A DNA stretch of 20,000 nt from an uncultured virus (IMG/VR IMGVR_UViG_3300010885_043927). Lineage: Duplodnaviria; Heunggongvirae; Uroviricota; Caudoviricetes. The notes beneath the pieces are model-generated. The model had not been told where the DNA came from. It saw only the letters and a list, made by a program, of their open reading frames with translations, and did not search any database. Positions within the stretch are counted from its first letter, which is position 1, and every line of letters starts with the position of its first letter. The stretch lies in the IMG/VR virus record IMGVR_UViG_3300010885_043927. The stretch is one strand, 5' to 3'. Shown here piece after piece: positions 15,853-20,000 of the stretch. Position numbers and translations under genes: made by a program.

Positions 15853-16476
15853 ATGAAAAAATTTATATTATTATTGATGCTAGTTAGCATAACTGCTTTA
15901 GCTCAGAAGCCTAAGTATATAACAATAACATCCTATACTAATGGTAAGGCTAAAATAATTAAACAAATCCCATACCCTAAACCGGATACGGTATATAAGG
16001 TAGTAACTAGAGTAAAGATAAAGAAAGTACCGAAGATAGTTAAGGTACCTGTGTATAGTATAGTTACAATTCCTTCTCCTCCTACAGCAATAGATACTTT
16101 AGCTATTATAGAGAAGTACCATTCTAAAAATATCTATAAGGAAACTATAAAACTTCCTAATAACCAAGGTTGGGTATTTATTGTGGATACTTTAGCTTAT
16201 AACAGACACGTAGGAAGGCATTGGCATGCAGAGATTACTCCTAGATTTATTACTAAAGATCACATAGTAGTTATGCAAGACCGTTCTAAAATTTATTTCG
16301 GGGCTAGTGCATCAACTAATTTTAATGGCTTATTTAATTTCTGGGGTGCTAATTTATTATTTAAATCTAAAGATGAATCTTTGCTGCATGTAGGAGCAGG
16401 AATGTCTATGAGGCAAGATGAAAATTATGGTATATCTCCATATTTAACTTTGGGCTACTATGTTAAAATAAAATAG
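15853..16476 (+). CDS. Exported or envelope protein with beta-strand-rich C-terminus
   Basis: Signal peptide MKKFILLLMLVSITALA|Q; V/K/P-rich linker; ends YLTLGYYVKIK. Confidence 0.7.
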   Translation: MKKFILLLMLVSITALAQKPKYITITSYTNGKAKIIKQIPYPKPDTVYKVVTRVKIKKVPKIVKVPVYSIVTIPSPPTAIDTLAIIEKYHSKNIYKETIKLPNNQGWVFIVDTLAYNRHVGRHWHAEITPRFITKDHIVVMQDRSKIYFGASASTNFNGLFNFWGANLLFKSKDESLLHVGAGMSMRQDENYGISPYLTLGYYVKIK

Positions 16477-16499
16477 AAACCTTTAACTACTTAAATAAG

Positions 16500-16739
16500 A
16501 TGAAATTAGTATACGATTACCAAGCAGAAAAATTACTTAGAGAGCATTATTCAATTCTTTCTTCCTTAGGAGGTGAAAGTATAGATGAGGAAACATTAAC
16601 TGTACTTGTAAAAGCTAGTGCTATACTAACAGTTAAGTACTTACAAGACAACTCTAAATCTTCTCATTCAAGTCAAGAAAATAGTCTTCTTACTAAGGAT
16701 CATTGGGAAAATATAAAAAAATCTTTAATTAGTATATAA
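16500..16739 (+). CDS. Hypothetical protein (79 aa)
   Basis: ORF track; weak resemblance to 17293-17511 (AEKL...AK/KAS AxxxV...W..I/VK). Confidence 0.65.
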   Translation: MKLVYDYQAEKLLREHYSILSSLGGESIDEETLTVLVKASAILTVKYLQDNSKSSHSSQENSLLTKDHWENIKKSLISI

Positions 16740-16740
16740 A

Positions 16741-16890
16741 ATGGAACAGATTGCTAGTATGCTTGTAAATATTTTAGAATGGATATTTTTTATAACTATC
16801 GGTTCAGCATTTATAGTTACTTTTGTATTTTTTTATGGATTTTTAATCCATCTTTATAAACGTAGAAAACGAAGACAAAATAAATTATGA
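16741..16890 (+). CDS. Small membrane protein (49 aa) with basic C-tail
   Basis: Manual translation MEQIASMLVNILEWIFFITIGSAFIVTFVFFYGFLIHLYKRRKRRQNKL. Confidence 0.6.
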   Translation: MEQIASMLVNILEWIFFITIGSAFIVTFVFFYGFLIHLYKRRKRRQNKL

Positions 16891-17066
16891 TAGTTTTAAT
16901 AGTAACAAATGTAATAACAGTAGCCGCTTTAGTAGCAGCTATATTTAAAATTAGAAGACTTCAATCAGATATAAATATTAGTCAAGCTTTAGAAGAGCAA
17001 ATGTGGGATGATATTAGCATCATGATGGATGAAATAAATGAAGAAAAAGTAGATATAAAAGACTAA
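16887..17066 (+). CDS. Small membrane-anchored protein (59 aa)
   Basis: Manual translation MIVLIVTNVITVAALVAAIFKIRRLQ...; ATGA overlap with the previous gene. Confidence 0.6.
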   Translation: MIVLIVTNVITVAALVAAIFKIRRLQSDINISQALEEQMWDDISIMMDEINEEKVDIKD

Positions 17067-17087
17067 ATTTTTAAATTAAAAAAGGTT

Positions 17088-17300
17088 ATGTTAGTAGAAA
17101 GAAAAAGTAGAGTATCGGGATTAGTTCATGCCTTGGACTTAGACATTACACCTGAGCAATTAGCAAGAGTAGATAATAGATTCGAATCAGGAGAACTTAT
17201 TCAAAAGATAGTTCCTCATCTTTCTGTAGACGATAGAGAATTCCTCATGACAGGAATAACAGGAGAAGAATGGGCTTTAACTTTCGGCGAAGATGAGTAA
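17088..17300 (+). CDS. Conserved-looking small phage protein (70 aa)
   Basis: AAAAGGTTATG start; GELIQ-x3-PHLS-x3-REFLMTGIT-x2-EW pattern. Confidence 0.75.
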   Translation: MLVERKSRVSGLVHALDLDITPEQLARVDNRFESGELIQKIVPHLSVDDREFLMTGITGEEWALTFGEDE

Positions 17301-17511
17301 GGAAGCTAAGTACCCAAGAGAGAAAGCAGAAGAAATTTATGATAATTACCTAAATAAAATACAGGGATTAGAAGGCAGAGAATGGTGGGAGTCCGCCAAA
17401 CAATGTTCATTAATTGCAGTAGATGAGATAATAAAATTCGGTAACGAGCAAGGAATTAGAGAACCAATGATGTATTGGTATAAAGTTAAGGAGGAAATAG
17501 AAAAGTTATAA
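17293..17511 (+). CDS. Small phage protein (AKQCSLIAVDEI...YW..VKEEIEKL type)
   Basis: ORF track; overlaps the previous gene; the motif is one I associate with Bacteroidota phage accessory proteins (from memory, not searched). Confidence 0.75.
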   Translation: MSKEAKYPREKAEEIYDNYLNKIQGLEGREWWESAKQCSLIAVDEIIKFGNEQGIREPMMYWYKVKEEIEKL

Positions 17512-17512
17512 T

Positions 17513-17770
17513 ATGGATAAAGTAATATGCATTAAAGACGGAACTAATAATCATTTTCCAGATCGTCCACATATAAGCCGTGGTGAAATATATCATGTAT
17601 TAGATGTAGTACCACACACTTCATTTAAAGAAGCAGCAAAATATAATGTAGCACCAGGTGATTGGTATGAATTTGCAGAAATACCATATTGCCATTGGAG
17701 CGGTCTATTTATGAAGATTGAATATGATGAACAATTAGAAGAATTAGAACAGATATATAATGGCAAATAA
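17513..17770 (+). CDS. Hypothetical protein (85 aa)
   Basis: ORF track; tight packing. Confidence 0.7.
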   Translation: MDKVICIKDGTNNHFPDRPHISRGEIYHVLDVVPHTSFKEAAKYNVAPGDWYEFAEIPYCHWSGLFMKIEYDEQLEELEQIYNGK

Positions 17771-17975
17771 ACAAACAGCAGTAGAATGGTTAATTGAAGT
17801 ATTATGGGCTCCTTGTCAAGGAATACCATCTGATATAATTGATCAAGCCAAACAAATGGAGAAAGAGCAGATAAAAGATGCTTTTGTAAAATGCTGGGAA
17901 TCAAATATACCTGATGGCATAGAATGTAAATTAGATGCAGAAGAATATTACAACGAAACTTATAGCAAAGAATGA
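17760..17975 (+). CDS. Small phage protein (KQTAVEWL...QAKQMEKEQI...AEEYYNETY type)
   Basis: ORF track; the motif is one I associate with Bacteroidota phage accessory proteins (from memory, not searched). Confidence 0.8.
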   Translation: MANKQTAVEWLIEVLWAPCQGIPSDIIDQAKQMEKEQIKDAFVKCWESNIPDGIECKLDAEEYYNETYSKE

Positions 17976-18090
17976 ATTATATAGTGCTATAGAAGCTGCA
18001 ATTATACGTTGGAACCTTGATGGTACTAAAACAGCAGGTGAATTAACAAGAGAGATTATGTTATTAATTAAACAACAAGACAATGGCTGA
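17935..18090 (+). CDS. Small hypothetical protein (51 aa; start uncertain)
   Basis: Manual translation MQKNITTKLIAKNELYSAIEAAIIRWNLDGTKTAGELTREIMLLIKQQDNG; fills the gap and overlaps the next ATG. Confidence 0.55.
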   Translation: MQKNITTKLIAKNELYSAIEAAIIRWNLDGTKTAGELTREIMLLIKQQDNG

Positions 18091-18295
18091 TATAACAATG
18101 TGTAATGATATGAAATGTCCTATGAAGTTTGACTGTTACAGACATACAGCTCCGTTTAACCAATGGAGGCAATCAACGTATTCTAAATCTCCTAGAGTAG
18201 AGGGTATGTTCTATTGTGACAAGTTTTGGAAGAATACAGGATATACTTTAGATGTAAGATTTAGAGAATATGAGAAAGAAGGTAGCAAAACTTAA
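18083..18295 (+). CDS. Small Cys-rich phage protein (MADITMC-x4-CP-x4-CYR type)
   Basis: Four Cys residues in a conserved-looking spacing. Confidence 0.75.
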   Translation: MADITMCNDMKCPMKFDCYRHTAPFNQWRQSTYSKSPRVEGMFYCDKFWKNTGYTLDVRFREYEKEGSKT

Positions 18296-18360
18296 AGCAT
18301 AAGTCAAGTAAGTAGGAGATACAAGACACTCAGAATCGGTATTTATTATAAAAGAAATTT

Positions 18361-18861
18361 ATGATTAAGCTAATCAACATACTTAAAGAAATTACTGAAA
18401 AGGTTTATAAGGATGAGTCTAATACTTGGACTCACGTAACTAATAAAGTAGAGGTACTATCTAATATTAAACGAGAGAAAGCTTTCATAGGTATAAATGA
18501 AGATCTAGATGAGTTTGACTATACTATTAATGCAAAGCTATCAGCCGATAAACAAAATTCAACTGCTCCTAATTTTTACAAAGGAGGATTATATGATGGA
18601 GGTTCATCTAAGTCAAAGTACCTGATAACATTTAAAGCTAAAGAAACATATCCTGGAGATAGTTTTGAAACTACTAACTGGAAAGAAGAAGATTATCCAA
18701 TGATACCAAATGGCAATAGAGTTAACAGATTATCATTTCAAAAGAGTTCTAAGATAGGGATACTAAAACCGGAGTATAGAGGAATAGATAACTTTAACTT
18801 CTATCAATACGATTCTGGAATGGATAAATACGTTCCTTTGAATTTGGATAAAATTGATTAA
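18361..18861 (+). CDS. Hypothetical protein (166 aa), candidate late or virion-internal protein
   Basis: TATTTAT upstream at 18340; N-terminus MIKLINILKE. Confidence 0.7.
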   Translation: MIKLINILKEITEKVYKDESNTWTHVTNKVEVLSNIKREKAFIGINEDLDEFDYTINAKLSADKQNSTAPNFYKGGLYDGGSSKSKYLITFKAKETYPGDSFETTNWKEEDYPMIPNGNRVNRLSFQKSSKIGILKPEYRGIDNFNFYQYDSGMDKYVPLNLDKID

Positions 18862-18953
18862 GTGGGTAAGACACAGTCAAAATATCCAGAACGATAGTAG
18901 ATATAATACAGAAGAAAAGAATAAGAGAGAGTACAAGTAAATAATAAAGGACA

Positions 18954-19196
18954 ATGAATAAAAGACTAAGTACAAAAGAGATAGAAAAGAAAGCTGCAAT
19001 AATGACAACTAAGCTAATGTTAACAGTATTAGGAGCATTAACACTAGTAGTAGGTATATGTTATATCTTTCCTCCTATAACTGCATATGTAGCATATGGA
19101 TCTGTAATACTCTTGTTTTTATTCTTTATGTGGTATATGATCTATATAGGAGTAGAACAGGATGTAAGACACGAGGAATATTATAAAGATCTATAG
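18954..19196 (+). CDS. Small membrane protein with two TM helices
   Basis: Two hydrophobic segments, basic N-terminus and charged C-terminus. Confidence 0.7.
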   Translation: MNKRLSTKEIEKKAAIMTTKLMLTVLGALTLVVGICYIFPPITAYVAYGSVILLFLFFMWYMIYIGVEQDVRHEEYYKDL

Positions 19197-19491
19197 GACA
19201 GTAGAGAGTAGCAAGAATAGCTAAGGTGTAGCTAATTGGTTTAATTAGGTACTATGTGTCACAAGGTACTAAATGAAATAGGTAGTAGGTGTGTAGAGAA
19301 GAAGAGAGAGAAAGTGTAGTAGCAGAAACTGAAAATTAGGGGCCGAAGGGCCTCCCCCCTTGAAAAAAGCCTCCTAGGCAAAATATATAAGAATGCTCCT
19401 TGCTCCCCTAGTTCGATTCGATACAAGGTACTAGGTAGTACACGGTACCGTAGAGTACAATCGCATTGTATATACACTAGCTCCTAAGGGA

Positions 19492-19523
19492 GTTGCTTTT
19501 CTGCTATATAATTCTTACCTTTA
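19492..19523 (+). promoter_or_regulatory. Bacteroidota-type promoter-like motif
   Basis: GTTG-N20-TACCTTTA; same -7 octamer as at 2770. Confidence 0.6.
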
Positions 19524-19620
19524 CGGTACCATTGCTATACCAGCGATACTAAGAAGTACAATCGCATTGTATAACATTGTTTAAGGGGTTACAAGAGAGT
19601 AATCAAGCATTTAGAATGAG

Positions 19621-19646
19621 GAGCCGGCCTAGCCGGCTTTTCTTTT
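19621..19646 (+). terminator. Rho-independent terminator
   Basis: AGCCGGC-CTA-GCCGGCT hairpin followed by TTTCTTTT. Confidence 0.8.
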
Positions 19647-19773
19647 CCCTGAGGGTAGAGGAGACAGGATCAAGGTAAGGAGGTAAACAATTAGATATTT
19701 ATATACATAAACACAGGAGCCATGAGAGTACAATCGCATTGTATAATAGGGATCCAGGAGCTAACTAAAGAAC

Positions 19774-20000
19774 ATGAGCAATTTTATCGACGAGGCAGAG
19801 AAGTCTCACAGCTATTCAGTATTCCAGATTAAGAATGAAGACAAGAAGAGCAAGAATAGAAACCATAAGTTTTATGTTGTTTCTAAGCTTGAAGAGCCAG
19901 AAGCTGTTCTCAACATGGTTAGATCCATGGCCTACAGCCCTACGGCAGGAGGAGGAACTAAGGAGATCTCTTCTGACATGAAGAAGGTAGGGAAAGATTA
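19774..20000 (+). CDS. Hypothetical protein, 3'-truncated by the window edge
   Basis: Manual translation MSNFIDEAEKSHSYSVFQIKNEDKK...DMKKVGKD, open to the end of the window; TATTTATA upstream at 19696. Confidence 0.65.
   Translation, partial: MSNFIDEAEKSHSYSVFQIKNEDKKSKNRNHKFYVVSKLEEPEAVLNMVRSMAYSPTAGGGTKEISSDMKKVGKD

Larger units (their letters stand above)
19454..19745. repeat. Three exact 19-bp copies of AGTACAATCGCATTGTATA (palindromic core TACAAT-CGC-ATTGTA)
   Basis: Copies at 19454-19472, 19555-19573 and 19727-19745, with gaps of 82 and 153 bp. Confidence 0.95.

Noticed and set aside
17593..17904. Minus-strand ORF (103 aa)
   Set aside because: Antisense to two credible + strand genes.
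19259..19477. Minus-strand ORF (72 aa)
   Set aside because: It starts inside the palindromic box, its F/L/S-rich tail reflects the purine run on the + strand, and all other genes are on +.
19454..19745. CRISPR array
   Set aside because: The repeat is only 19 bp, the spacers are 82 and 153 bp (unequal and too long), and no cas genes are visible.
19722..19832. 36-codon ORF MRVQSHCIIG... after the TATTTATA motif
   Set aside because: It reads through box copy 3 and overlaps the more protein-like ORF at 19774 out of frame; there is no other support.
1..20000. Alternative genetic code (stop-codon reassignment)
   Set aside because: TAA, TAG and TGA each end genes at tight gene junctions, and long genes are intact in code 11. 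Only two isolated in-frame stops, of different types, were seen.

Overview
AT-rich (roughly 30% GC by eye), densely packed segment with every credible gene on the + strand. It looks like part of a large tailed-phage genome. A Bacteroidota host is inferred from recurring TTG-N19/20-TAnnTT(T/A)A promoter-like motifs and A-rich, mostly non-Shine-Dalgarno starts. Recognisable genes: three glycosyltransferases (a partial GT2-like, a GT4-like and an MJ1255-like), a degenerate HNH/Zn-finger protein, a DNA/RNA non-specific endonuclease, a class-3 lipase, three calcineurin-like metallophosphoesterases (one LpxH-like), and PhoH carrying a 356-aa class 3 (Ala1, WCT) intein with a LAGLIDADG domain. Many small hypothetical ORFs fill the rest. 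Two non-coding regions stand out. (i) 11644-11990 holds two related tRNA-like RNAs with good acceptor stems and T-arms but no normal anticodon loop, flanking a structured ~116-nt spacer. (ii) 19197-19773 holds three exact copies of a 19-bp palindromic box, a GTAC cluster, and a promoter-to-terminator unit with no ORF. Two genes appear interrupted by single in-frame stop codons.
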